A DNA stretch of 46,277 nt, filler included, from Jimgerdemannia flammicorona (taxonomy: Eukaryota), in NCBI GenBank assembly GCA_003990765.1. It is 2 parts of 2 records of this genome, joined end to end, with 100 filler letters (N's around TTAATTAATTAA, not from the genome) between each part and the next. Parts side by side here need not be neighbours in the genome. Positions count along the whole stretch, not along the records: positions 23,190 to 46,277 come from RBNJ01001161.1; 1 more part is not named here. One strand, written 5' to 3'. A program made the translations under genes and the position numbers. The notes under the pieces are model-generated. The model ran no database searches, was not told the DNA's origin, and saw only the letters and a program-made list of their open reading frames with translations. Positions 23,340 through 35,360 of the stretch are shown piece after piece. How positions within the stretch are numbered: the first letter of the stretch is position 1; the number at the start of each line of letters is the position of its first letter.

Positions 23340-24521
23340 CAGACTCAATTCTGTATTCCAAGTTTTAATGATTTTGAAATATTGAAAATTCTGAGGCTTG
23401 ATCTTCTAGCAGAGCAGACAACAACACTTTATATGCAGAATTTGGAGGAAGTTGGATGTCAGTATTCTGTCAAGTCTTCAGAAAAAGGACATCAAAATTG
23501 ATTTTGAACCATGACATTTTTGGAGTCTTCTATCTTACCAGCTGGCATCCTAAATTTGCATCACAATTATATTATTCTGGATGCTAATACAGAGGAAGTT
23601 GTTCTAGTAGTTTGGAGAGAAATGTTGGAAGATCAAACAAGCCAAGTTTTGACAGATGTTTGTGAGGAGGCCTTCAAAGTTTGGAAAGCTGGATTGTATG
23701 GCAAAGCTTGAGCAGAGACTGGATCTTATATGTCAGCTGGCTACACTTTGACCTATGCTGGTGGAATGCATTGTCATATTGTACCTCTCAACAATTTTAA
23801 ACTACAAATTAGATAAGATAAATGAGAGAAACATGAAATAGCTGTTATGGAGATAACTTCACTTCTCTTTAACACTTCTTGTTGGATGTGGCAGCAAATT
23901 CCCCTACTTCACTCAATTTTTAAACAATTCAATGCTCCTTATTGCCTATCTCCTGAAGAAATTTTTGCATCCTCAGCATCTTTGGCATCCTCAACTTCAG
24001 TGTTAGATTTCTCAACTTTACCACCAGTATCTACTTCAGCTTTGAAATTACCTAGAATTGATGGAGGTCAGATGAATCAGAGTCAATCTAGGATACATTT
24101 TAGACTTGGTGGATTTCAGTTTGAGCAAAATATAGCAAAAGTCAGCAACATATTTTTTGGACAATGTGCAAGTTCTCTTACTCACACTGATCAAGATATG
24201 ATACCTGTTTTACTCTGCATTGTCAAATGAAAAGGACAATATACTTCAAAAGCTGGAGGCTTGTTCTATAATCTGGCTTATGGCATTGGAGTTCTTCTAA
24301 AGTCAAATATGATGATGATATTTCATTCAAATCAACCATATGGTTTGACAGTTATTGGAGATGAGGAAGTTCTAAATAGCTTATCAATAAGTGTTTGTTA
24401 TAGAACTTTAAAAGCTGTGAGCCATTATAACAAATATTTTTGGAAATTTGAGAGAGCAAAAAAATCTGTAGATATTTTGAATATTTGGTTATTGTTTTTT
24501 ATATTGTATCTTAGTTTTTGA
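23340..24521 (+). pseudogene. Putative TET/JBP-like 2OG-Fe(II) dioxygenase, divergent homolog (copy 3)
   Basis: ORFs 23511, 23847 and 24261 share one frame broken only by TGA/TAA; HTDQD at 24183, AGGLFYNLAYGIGVLL, IFHSNQP(Y)GLT at ~24339. Confidence 0.6.
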
Positions 24522-24669
24522 ATATTTGATGAAAGTTTTGTTTTTTCCTTAGAAGTTCCATGAATGTGGAGAATTTTTTAGCTTCAAAGGAATTGCTCTT
24601 TTTGGTGAGCTCCTTAATTTGCACTAGCTGGCTCCTAATATAGTTTATTATATGAAGAATTTAGATCAA

Positions 24670-24770
24670 CCTAAATTCATCACATGATAAATTCAAACTG
24701 ATCTAAATTCATCACATGATAAATTCAAACTGGTTCAAATTCATCACAGGATGAATTCGAACTCAAACCA
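24670..24770. repeat. ~33-bp tandem repeats with palindromic core AATTCATCACATGATAAATT
   Basis: Three units visible just inside the terminus. Confidence 0.8.
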
Positions 24771-27311
24771 GTTATATGGTTGGCAAATTTGAATCAGGTT
24801 CGAATTTCCCTAGCTCCATTAGAGCACTACTAGTAGGTCTTTTCAATAAGCTTTCTGAAGTTGAAGATAAAATATCCTAGGTTCTGGCTAATGAGGTTAA
24901 GTATCTAAGAGTAGAGCTCCTTTCTTATATTATAATTTTGATATGATCAAAGAGTTGTCTATATCACTTAGAAGGAGCTGGCTTTGGGGAGCTATCTATA
25001 ATTATTAGAGTATTGAGGAGACATCTTTGTAGGTTTTATAAATTAGAGATAAATGTTAATGCTCTACTATTTATCTGATATTTATATCTTCTATTAGCTA
25101 TAGCTTCATATTAATTATTACTGCTTTCTGCTCTGATTTATTCTATATAACTATTTTTTTATTTTAATATAAATTAAATAACTTATTAGTTTAAGCCGAG
25201 TTTATGCTAATCTTATTTTGTTTTTGACTTTAGAGTGAGAGTTAGTTGCTCTGGTAAGATATTGGAATTTCAGGCTATAGACTGAAGTTTTAAATTTGGT
25301 CTTATGACTTTTATAGTTACTGATAAGTACTTATACTACTAATATAATTACTATATATTACTTGGGTTTAACAGTTCTCTATATTTGTGGGTTTAGAGGA
25401 GTTCTTCAACAGAACAACCTTTTGTTACTTTTGAGTTATTTTATATATTACTTTCTATTAATATTTATTATTAATATATCCTAGATAAATATAAATCTAT
25501 TTTCCACTTAACCTTCTTATTCTATCTTAGTTGATTAGAGTTAGAGTGATAGTTCTCTTCTTTGTTAGTTTAATAAGAGGATCCATATATTTCTATAGAG
25601 CTTCCTTTGTATTCTCTAAGACTTCCTTCTTTTTTCAGATTATATCAGAGTGAGATAATTTTTCTACTTAATTATATAAAACCACTTGGCTGTTTTTGTA
25701 TATTAGTAGACTTTATGATCTAGAATTTCATCAATCTTAAATTTCTCATGACCATTGATTCTAACTGAGAGTAGTGGTAGAACTGTAAACTCTGAAAAAG
25801 AATTCTTGTAAAATCCACTAGTTGGCTAATATGGAATACTAGATATATATAGATATTGCAGAGAAGCTCTAGCTTATATTTGATCTTACTAAATTTTTCT
25901 GGAATCCAATAAGATTCAATCCTTCTGGCTAAGAGCTTCTTTAATAGTTACTAACTAAAGTATCTGAATAAAGGTAGTCTATCTTAAGTATCAATATTAT
26001 AAGAGGCTTCTCTTAACTTATAGTTAGTTTACTTGAATTAGTAGTCTTATACTTCTGTAAGAATATCTCAGAATATTTATATAAGATCAGAAATAGTCTC
26101 AGCCAAATCTTATACTGTAGAGACTGTCGATTTTATAGTTATACTTCGTATTTTTAAGTATTTATCATAATTCAGAAAGAATAGAGCCTTCTATATTGAG
26201 GTTTGCTAGCTGTTATTATAGGTAAATTCTGCATGGGCTGGATACATATCTCTGTTATTCTACATATGATAATAAAAGATACTGAGTATTTATTTGAGAG
26301 TTCTATTAGTATACTCAGTCTGGTCATCTATCTGAGGATAATAGACTGTTGAGAATTTCAGCTTCATTTTATAGAGGATAAAGAAAGTCTTCCAAAAGTT
26401 ATTGATAAAATTAGTATCTCAGTCAGATATAATTATACTTAGTATATTATATAGTCTAAACATCTGGTTCAGAAAAATCTCTGCTACTTTAGATATTATT
26501 ACTATAGTCTTAGTGAGTGTAAAGTAGACTTCTTGCTGAGACAGTTTAAAAATACCACTATGGCATCTCATTCTATCAAAATCTTTGGTAGCTAAACAAT
26601 GAAATTTATTGTAATTTGGATTTCAGTTATATAAGAGAATTAGTAGGGATTTTTGGAGCCTAGCTATTAACTTGTTACTACTTTTGAATCTTCAACATAT
26701 ATTGTATGATACTATAAAGATCTCAATATTTTTGGTTATCGTTAGCTAATAGAATTTCCTAAAGATGAGATTAGAGATCATCTCAAATTAAAAGTAACTT
26801 GCTATAGGAGTATCATAGAGTTTCTGTATGATCTTGAGATAGAGAGCATCATCTTTAAGTACTATTACTTTTTGATAGTCCTGATAGATAAGTCTATTCT
26901 AATAGATGAACCTCTTGGCCATCCTCTTTATTGGTTTAGATATCTCAGTTATAAGATCTTAACAGTAATACAGAAATCCAATAGTGGGCTGTCTTACTGG
27001 TAGCTATCTTTGATCAGTTGAGTAAGATCACTAATTATTTTAACAATGATGAAATTTCATCTTTTATATATCTTAAGAAACCATCAGCCACTTTATTGGT
27101 TTTGTCTAAGTTATATTTGATTTCTATATAAAAAAGAGTAATAATTTTTATCAATTATACTTATCTATAGATTAGTATTAGTAGAGTGTAGTTATATCTA
27201 AGAGTATGGTGATCTTTATAGACTATAAAGAGCTATACTAATAGAAAGTAATACTATTTCTGGAAGACAGTTTCCATGGTCAGGAGTTTCTTCTCATAGG
27301 TATTATAGCAT

Positions 27312-27845
27312 ATTCAATCTTTTGCAATAATGTCAAGAGATATGATAGGTTTGAAGGGGGAAGAAAGAACCTCAGGAAATATTTTTGATTCAATAAATAT
27401 GTATTCAGATTAAAAGAAAAGAAACATATAGTAGAAAAACTGACCCCTTATATATATGTATGGGGAGGGAGAGTGGTAGAAAAAGTAAGTATAATGTACA
27501 TGAAAGTAAATGCAAATATATATTATTGTCCAAAGAGTAGTGTATAGTACATAGAGTGCTAGATTAGATAGTACTAAGTGAAGAGGACCAAAAAAGGAAA
27601 TGTATACCCACTATGCAGCCCAAAACAGTGATAAGATATATGGTACCCAAGACCTAAGCACCTAAGATATTCCTGTATCCATTGACCTGTGGACTCAAAT
27701 AAGTCCCCTTATTCAATCTTTTGCAATAATGTCAAGAGGTATGATAAGTTTGAAGCAGGAAGAAAGAACTCTGGGAAAGATTTTTGATTCAAGAAATATA
27801 TATTTGGGTGAAAAGAAGAGAAACATACAGTAGAAAAACCAGCCA
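27312..27845. repeat. Ngaro 3' repeats: A (27312-27443), B (~27477-27710), A (27711-27842)
   Basis: ATTCAATCTTTTGCAATAATGTCAAGAG at 27312, 27711 and 33221. Confidence 0.9.
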
Positions 27846-28130
27846 AAATAAGTGTTGTGTGATCTGATGTAGGGGAAGCAAGAATGAGAAAAAAAGTGTT
27901 GTGAGAGAAGCAAGAATGAGGAAGGACTAACATCTAAAGGAAAGTAGGAAAGTGTAGGCAGAGAAGATAGGTTGGTACCTTGAGCAACATGATACCAGAA
28001 TGATGTAGAGAGCATATAGTGCTCTGCATTAATGACTGGTGTCATGGGCCCATGTGCAGCAAGATGTACTTCACCAATTAACCAATATCACAGACATGTG
28101 GTTAGAAATATCAGTGGCCAAGGGAAATGG

Positions 28131-29100
28131 CTAAGTGAGGGAGGCCCAAAGATTACAGATGTGAGATATGGGTATGTGAATATATTCTTGGAATACTGTA
28201 CTTGACCAGTATCCAAGTGTTTGAATTTTGTAGTCAGACAGACCTGCTATGGCGGTGTCTGACATAGCACTAATCCGAAAACTGTTGCCAGTATAGAGAG
28301 CCAGATTGAGCCTAATACACAAAAGCAGACTGGAGATATTGAATGAGGTAGAAGTGGGAGAAGGGGTGGCTTGCAGAATGCATGAATAGAGGGGCACCTG
28401 CTGAGTTGGAGGCAGTGAGGAATAGAAGGCAAAGTAGAGATATAACACATAGTATATTTGGTGCTGTTTTGATGATGAACAGGGTGCAGCCCTATCAGAA
28501 GAGGTTCATTTTCGAGACAGGTATAGTCAGAGTGATATGTATAGAGTCTATAATATGAGGGTAGAAGGCTATATAGCCCTGAGAAATCTGGAAGGAGGAA
28601 TCAAACAAACAATTCAATATAAACTTGTCTGACCTCAGAAACCCAATAGGCCTGAGATATTGCTGCCATCAGATTGAGGTTGTCATGGTCTTGCAGATAC
28701 TGAAGGGCCAGGAGCTGCCACAAGATACTATTGGTGATTGGGAGCCAAGAACAGGCCAGCCATATGCTCAGCCATTATTTGACACTGCACATAACTCAGG
28801 GCAGCTGTTGAAGGCCTATGAAAGGGTTGGCAAGACTGGAGTCAATATGAAGAGACTAAATGGTAGAGAGATACTACTTAATAGTAGTAGGTTGTAGGCA
28901 CCATAAGGCAAGATAATAGACCCAATATATCAGTACCAGCTTGGATACAGATAGGGTGCTGCCAAAACTGCAGTTACTGTGGAGAGCACAGAATTGGAGA
29001 AAGCAGCATTGTCCTGAAGAATATAAGCAGTATATAGATTTTGTCAGTCTGAACAACAGAAAGAAGGCAACAATGAATGGAAGTGCAGTATGCAGATGAT
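28131..29100 (-). pseudogene. Tyrosine recombinase remnant
   Basis: YTGNSFRISAMSDTAIAGLSDYKIQTLGYWSSTVFQEYI, matching the HSFRIGAA...LGRWSS..Y catalytic C-terminus. Confidence 0.9.
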
Positions 29101-29199
29101 ACCAATTATTGTTAGGTGCATCTGTATATAGAGAGTAAGGCAGTAGAAACAAGGGAGGTCAGAGCAGGACAAAGCATCAGTGATGTCATTATTAGAGAT

Positions 29200-31300
29200 A
29201 GAGACATATATAGTACAAAGTTGGAAGGCATGCAACACTATGAGGAAATAAAGTTAGCAAAGAAGCTCAAGTAGAAGTGGGTTGTGTGTAGTGCCTAAGT
29301 TGACAATGGCAATGACCACTTAGTTATCTGCATGAAGAAGGACCTGGCAGAAATAGTTTGGTAGCAGATGCTGTAGAGGAATATTATGTTGAATTTTCAT
29401 ACTGAATATCTGGTGGATGGTGGACTTCTGGAATGTGAGGAGTGTTACAATGTAGGACAAGTTGGGGAATTTGTGCAGATGCCAAAATATTGGCTGGAAG
29501 AGTGTGAGGTTCTGGGGGACTTTTGGATGGTAGTAGGGAACTGGCTGGGGGTGAAGAGGAGATCAGATGGGGAGAGAGCTCATTGGGAAGATTTGAGGAC
29601 TAGATTGGTAGGAGGTGTGGGCAATGAATGGCTCACTGTAGGGTGAGTTTTAGCTGTATGGGTAGGGCTGGCTAGATATTGGCTCTTTGTTTTTGAGGAG
29701 AGACAATAGATGGGATTGCAGAAGAGGTTACTAAGATGGGAGGGGTTGTTGGGAGATATATTGACAGAGTGGTGGGTTGGATGGGGTCTCCAAGGTGGGT
29801 GTCAGTGCCAACTAGTAGAAGGGATCTGTGAACAAAGTGGTGGGTGGGTGGAGATAGTTAATGGCCTAGTGGTCTTTAATCGAGTAGGTGTGGGGGAGGG
29901 GGAGTCCCCCTAGGGGGATTGGTTAGGGGTGGGCTCAGTGTATTATATATGTGATAGACAGGTTTATTATAAAGAAAGGAGTCCAAGAGAATATATAAAA
30001 AAAAAAAAAAAGGGATCCAGCAGAAAGCCCACTAAGTACCCCAAGTGGTAGCAGCTGCAATAGTAGCATAGAGCTCTTTGAATTGAATATCATGTGGCAT
30101 TAGGGCAGAGGGCCATAGGGGTGAGAACTATAATCCTTTATAATATGACCCAAAGCCTAAGTCACTGCTGGCATTGGTCCATAGATGGGCATTAGGTAAA
30201 CTAGATCACTTGACTAGGTAAATGACTGAAATGCCATTCCAAAGTGGTAGAAAAGCAAGCCACTACTAAATGTTAGTGTGGAATACATCAGGTAAAGAGA
30301 TGTAGAAGGTAGAGTTACTGAAGAGCAGATCAATGAAACACCAGAGAAAGAGCCATCCTAGTGAGCTGATTTTACTAGTGAAGACCAAGAAGCCAATGAG
30401 GGATTGAAGTTAGGGCCTCATACAAGACATCCATATGGACTACTGATGAAGAAGCATTAAGTTTACCCATGGAGAGACAAGCTTCCATCATAACTAAATC
30501 GAGCTCAATGTCTAGGAAAACCAGAGATATCAACAGCCCCTCAATCTTCCACTCTTGAATAGACCAGCCAAGGTCTTGGCTAAGGGACAGGAATGATTAG
30601 AGATCAGTAGATGCTGCCCCAATGACTGGTGCAGAGACCAGCAGAAAGTCATCTACACAATGTATGAGAGGCTGGAGACTGTGCTGAAGTACTGTTCATA
30701 TGAGAAGCTCATTGAAGAAGTTAAAGAGAAATGACAAAGAAGACATGCAGAAAGGGGCAAAGTGGTCAAAATAGAACAGACCTGACCATTCAACACCAAG
30801 TAGCTCCCAATCAACAGAGTGGATAAATATGTAGTGATAGGCATCAGTGAGATCAACCTTCAATAGTAGAAAACCTTAGCCAAACTGACAGATTAGAGTC
30901 AATGTGTTGTTGAAATTGACATATAAAGGTATTATGATCAATGCCTACATTTACTGTCCCACCACTATAGGGCCCAGACAGATCATTAATATGTTACCAA
31001 GTATTAGCAGAATTTTTCTCAGCCACAGTGCTAAGAAGGGATGAGTGGAAGTTGGCAACAGAGAAACTGACAATGGACCACAGACTAAACCTGCCATGAG
31101 CTCCTGCACAATGTCCAAGGCAATGACATCTGGATGGTCTAGAGCAGAATAGTGGTTGTGAGCTAAGAGGTAGTACTGAGGGCCATCAAAACTGAGAAGT
31201 GTCCCTTGTATAATAGTGGCAATGGCAGACTGAGAGATATACTGATTTGAATAATATTGGAGTTTATATATCTATAAAGCAGAGTGGAGAGTAGTAGGTA
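29200..31300 (-). pseudogene. DIRS/Ngaro RT-RNase H remnant (interrupted by a LINE fragment)
   Basis: (C)VDDFLLV at ~30637-30660; DIQFKELYATIAAATTWG ~30040-30091; LHADN*VVIAIVN ~29300-29335. Confidence 0.85.
29354..30010 (+). mobile_element. 5'-truncated LINE 3' fragment with poly(A) and degenerate 16-bp TSD
   Basis: CEECYNVGQ..YWLEEC homologous to 283-669; flanks AAGGACCTGGCAGAAA (29338) and AGGGATCCAGCAGAAA (30011) differ only by transitions. Confidence 0.9.
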
Positions 31301-32985
31301 ATGAGGGAAATCTCCATAGAATAGCCTGAGCAGCATCATCAAGCAGAAGCATGATTGGTCATAGAAGAAATGTGTTAGAGGTGAGTGGAGGATTGCAGGT
31401 GGGCAGATTGGGTAGAGGAATGCAGGCAAGTGGAGCAAGTAGTGGAATACAGGTGAGCAGGGCAGGGCAAATTCCTAAGGCCAAAAAAGTAAATTATGTG
31501 AACACAAATGGTCTTCACTATATTATATACAGATATGAGCATAGGAATAGTTCTTTCACCAACAGCCCAGAACCTTTGTAGGAAAACTGTCACTGGTAAC
31601 ACTATTGTAAGCACAGTATGTGGGACAGCTCATATGCTATCCTCTACATGGGAGGTCGAGCCTTCAGTGGAATGAGAGGCCCATAGAGAACTATGAAGTA
31701 TAGATAGCTTAGAAGAAGTGATCAGTATTTGGGAACATTGGTGTAGACTAAGCACTATGAATAAATCGGATCACAGTGAGTCTATAAGTGATACCATGTT
31801 GGTGAGACACCATTATTTACAATCTCTGCTAAGTACTTAGTATGAAAGGAGATGTGATAGTCAAGAAGTGCTGACCAGAAAGACAATGTGGAGAGTAGAA
31901 TGAAGTCAGCAGCATAGGTGAAGAATGGAGTAGGTTTGGTGAGCCTGGGATAAGCATCCTGGAGGATGCTGAAATAACTGTGAAGTACAGCAAGAAACAC
32001 CAGGATATCCAGAAGATCCTTAATGATAGATGGAGGACTTCATATTATGCCAGAGTCATCAATTGTTTTGATGAATTAAACCTCAGGAGGGGAGCCAGAA
32101 GACATGACATTATGCTCCAGAAACCAGCTAAGAGAAGTGGCAGAGAAGGAGTTGTCAAGACTATAAAAAAAAAAAAGAGAAGAAGTTGTCAACAACTACT
32201 GCTAAGAGACATTAGTTGACATGAGTATACTTCAGTAAGAGGTTGATACCATGAATGATGGTGTGGGAGGTGACAGCAATAGAGACAGCAGATAGAGGAA
32301 AGAACTCATCTTGTGGATTACCAAGTGGGCCATGAGAGCTGGGGGGGGGTGGAGGTAGAAATTACTGTTAAAAGAGATGGCACAGAGGCAATAGTTGCTA
32401 ATAGAGACATGGTGGCATAATCTACAAATGATTGATTTATGACAGAAATAGAGGGATTGCTGGATGAGTAGATCTTGATTGTCAGGGTCGAGGCTGGGGT
32501 ATCAATAATAGTTATAGCTGGGTGTATATAGAGTAGGTGGAGCAGCTTATCAATTTAGCAGTTCAGGGCAGAGGTATGTTCTTATAGTGCAATGATGCTG
32601 GCCTTGATGGAGCTGATAGAAGGGAGCAGTAGAGCTACTAATATAGACTGCCCTAGAGTGGGAGATTGCACTTGAACAGAGGTCTTGGATATTGCATAAG
32701 TGGAGAGCCATGAAAAGTATTAGGGGGAAGCAGAAGTTGCTTTTTCTGACAGATTTTTGATATATAAAATCAGAGCACTTATATTGGAATTATCATTATC
32801 ATTAGGGTCATCTTGTAAAAAGTAGAGCATATGTTTGATAAAAGAGATATTATAGCAGAATAGGAAGGATGCAGAACCAAGGTTGTATTGCCCTTTGGAT
32901 ATATTGGAAGGGTCATATCACTATAGAGGGCAGGAGTTGATAGCAAGCACCATCAAGGTGGAGTATATAGTGAATATGATATAAT

Positions 32986-33623
32986 TAGAAAAAGCAAGTG
33001 CAAATATATATAAAAGTGAATGTGAATATATGTTATAGTACAAAGAGTAGCATATAGTACATTGAGCACTGAATTAGATAACATTAAGTGAAGAAGACCA
33101 AAAAAGGAAATGTATGTCCACTATATAGCCCAAAACAGAGATAAGGTATATAGTGTCAAAGACCTAAGCACCAAAGACATTCCTGCATCCATTGACCTGT
33201 AGGCTTAAATAAGCCCCCTCATTCAATCTTTTGCAATAATGTCAAGAGGTACAATAAGTTCAAAGGGGGAAGAAAGAACCTCAGAAAAGATTTTTGATTC
33301 AAGGAATATATATTTGGTTGAAAAGAAAAGAAACATATGATAGAAAAACTGGCCCCTTATATATATATGTAGGGAGAGAGACTAGTAGAAAAATGGAGTA
33401 CAAATGTATATGAAAGTGAATTCAAATGTATGTTATGGCATGAAGAGTAACATATAGTACATAGAGTGCTAAATTAGATAGCATTAAGTGAAGAAGACCA
33501 AAAAAGGAAATGTACACCTACTATGCAGCCCAAAACAGAGACAAGATATATAGTGCCAAAGATCTAAGCACTCAAGACATTCCTGTATCTATTGATCTGT
33601 GGGCTTAAATGAGCCCCCTCATT
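32986..33623. repeat. Ngaro 5' repeats: B (~32986-33220), A (33221-33352), B (~33386-33623)
   Basis: 33221-33623 is colinear with 27312-27713. Confidence 0.9.
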
Positions 33624-33735
33624 TCTACTAGCTTAAGTTTCAGAAATAGATAGGCCACTAGACAGTTATCTTGGCTAAATATAGTCCCAATGATGATATC
33701 TGATATATTTGTGATTAACATGAAAGGCCTTGTAG

Positions 33736-34111
33736 TAGTACTCTTAAATAAATTAAATCAATTTGAATTGAATTGAATTGAGACTCATTCAAATTGAATC
33801 AAATTTGAGATTTTTGAATTTAAATCAAATTTGAATCAAATTTAAATATTTATCACAAATTTAAAATATAATAACTTAATAGAAATATATCCAAATTTAA
33901 CATTAATTTTTATATTAGATTCTCTATTACAAGTTATATTGAATAATTTAAAATTTATTAAAATTGGATATATTTTGGTTGAGTTATTGAATTTTAAATT
34001 ATTAGATTTGAATTAGACTTCTAATTTAATTGAATCAAATTGACTCTTAATTTAATTGAAATATTTCAAATTAAATTGAATTTGAGGCAATTTAATATAT
34101 TCTAAATACTA
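33736..34111. mobile_element. hAT-type MITE, copy 1
   Basis: Ends TAGTACTC...AAATACTA; 8-bp flanks CCTTGTAG / CCTAGTAG; dense AATTGAAT/AATCAAAT repeats; similar to 37931-38328. Confidence 0.8.
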
Positions 34112-35252
34112 CCTAGTAGGGTCTAACATAATCAGCACAGAGGCCTCAGTAAGCACCCTCTTAAGATATTCTATAGCTATTACATATATAGGCAGAGATC
34201 TATTAAGTCTTGATATTGACTCCTCTTTATATTAGAGTAGTAATTGTAGAGTATCTCTGGATAAAATAACAGTAGTGACCTATAATTCCTAGAGCTTAAG
34301 GGTGGTAGAGATGAGAATATTCTATAGAACTGATATATTTTAGAGGTCTGTATTGGTACTATTAGTTGAAATAATATATCTCAGATATTTAATCTAATCT
34401 TAGTAGAACTTATACTTACTCATCTTAGTATAGAGCTAGTATTCTTATAGTAAGGTCAGTATGCTTTAAAGATACATATAATACAACTTGACTCATTCAA
34501 TATAGATCAGAATATCATTAATATATACAAGGATATATGTATTAAACAATAGTTTAAAGATATTATTCACAAAGTTTTGAAATATTATAGAGATATTAGT
34601 TTGATTAAAAGACTTGATCTGGAATTAGTAATATCTAAACTATATCCTGAAGATTGTTTTCTCTACATTCTTCTCATCAATGAGAATCTGTTGATATCTA
34701 TTTCATAGATCTAGTAGAGAAAATATCTTGGTCTTAAAAATCTAGTAGAATAGCTTATCTATATATAGAAGGATATATTGGTTCTTAATAGTAATCTTGC
34801 TGAGAATCCAATAGTCAATATATATATACAATGTGCCATACTTCTTCTTAATAAATAGGATTAGTGCTCTAAATAGTGATTTGCTTAGTTTGATAGACTC
34901 TTGAGCCAATAGTTTGGTTTCTTCATCTATAACGACTTTGAGCTCAGTTTAGAACAGAGGGTAGATGCTCTTGTATAGAGATTTGGCTTCTGGAATAAGT
35001 TCATCTCATGTTGAATTTCGTCCTTAGGGAGAAGATCTTTGGGTTTCTGAAAAATATCTTGGAATTTCATGAAGAATTTCTGAACCTCTAGTGAGACTAT
35101 ACTGATTGAAGCTTCTACTACTTCTCCTACTATATGGATATACTAAGAATTTCTCTTCTTATCAGATAGTCTCTTCAATTGAATACCTGAGATGAGTTTG
35201 ATCCCTTGGTGGTTAGTTCTATTTTGCAGAGATATTAGAGTGATTTTTCTTC

Positions 35253-35254
<2 letters not shown>

Positions 35255-35295
<41 letters not shown>

Positions 35296-35360
35296 GTCTC
35301 TTGGACTGCCCTTTATTACCGAAGTCTATAATGTAACAATACAATGTCACCCCTATCCTC
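35255..35360 (-). mobile_element. Very short LINE 3' end insertion with long poly(A) and perfect TSD
   Basis: T-run 35255-35292, then sequence similar to positions 8-60; AGTGATTTTTCTTCTA at 35239 and 35361. Confidence 0.92.

Larger units (their letters stand above)
23190..24829. mobile_element. Terminal part of a second hAT-type family carrying a dioxygenase-like gene
   Basis: Ends AGAGCACTA (24821-24829) after palindromic ~33-bp subterminal repeats; no transposase visible. Confidence 0.6.
27312..33623 (-). mobile_element. Tyrosine-recombinase retrotransposon (Ngaro/DIRS type) with split direct repeats
   Basis: YR, RNase H and RT remnants flanked by split direct repeats; removing it restores the host Gypsy RNase H frame. 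Confidence 0.9.

Noticed and set aside
11800..24521. Alternative genetic code or stop read-through to explain in-frame TGA/TAG
   Set aside because: Stops match C>T or G>A decay of CGA, CAA and TGG, as shown by homologous copies (e.g. LERKG vs VK*KG)
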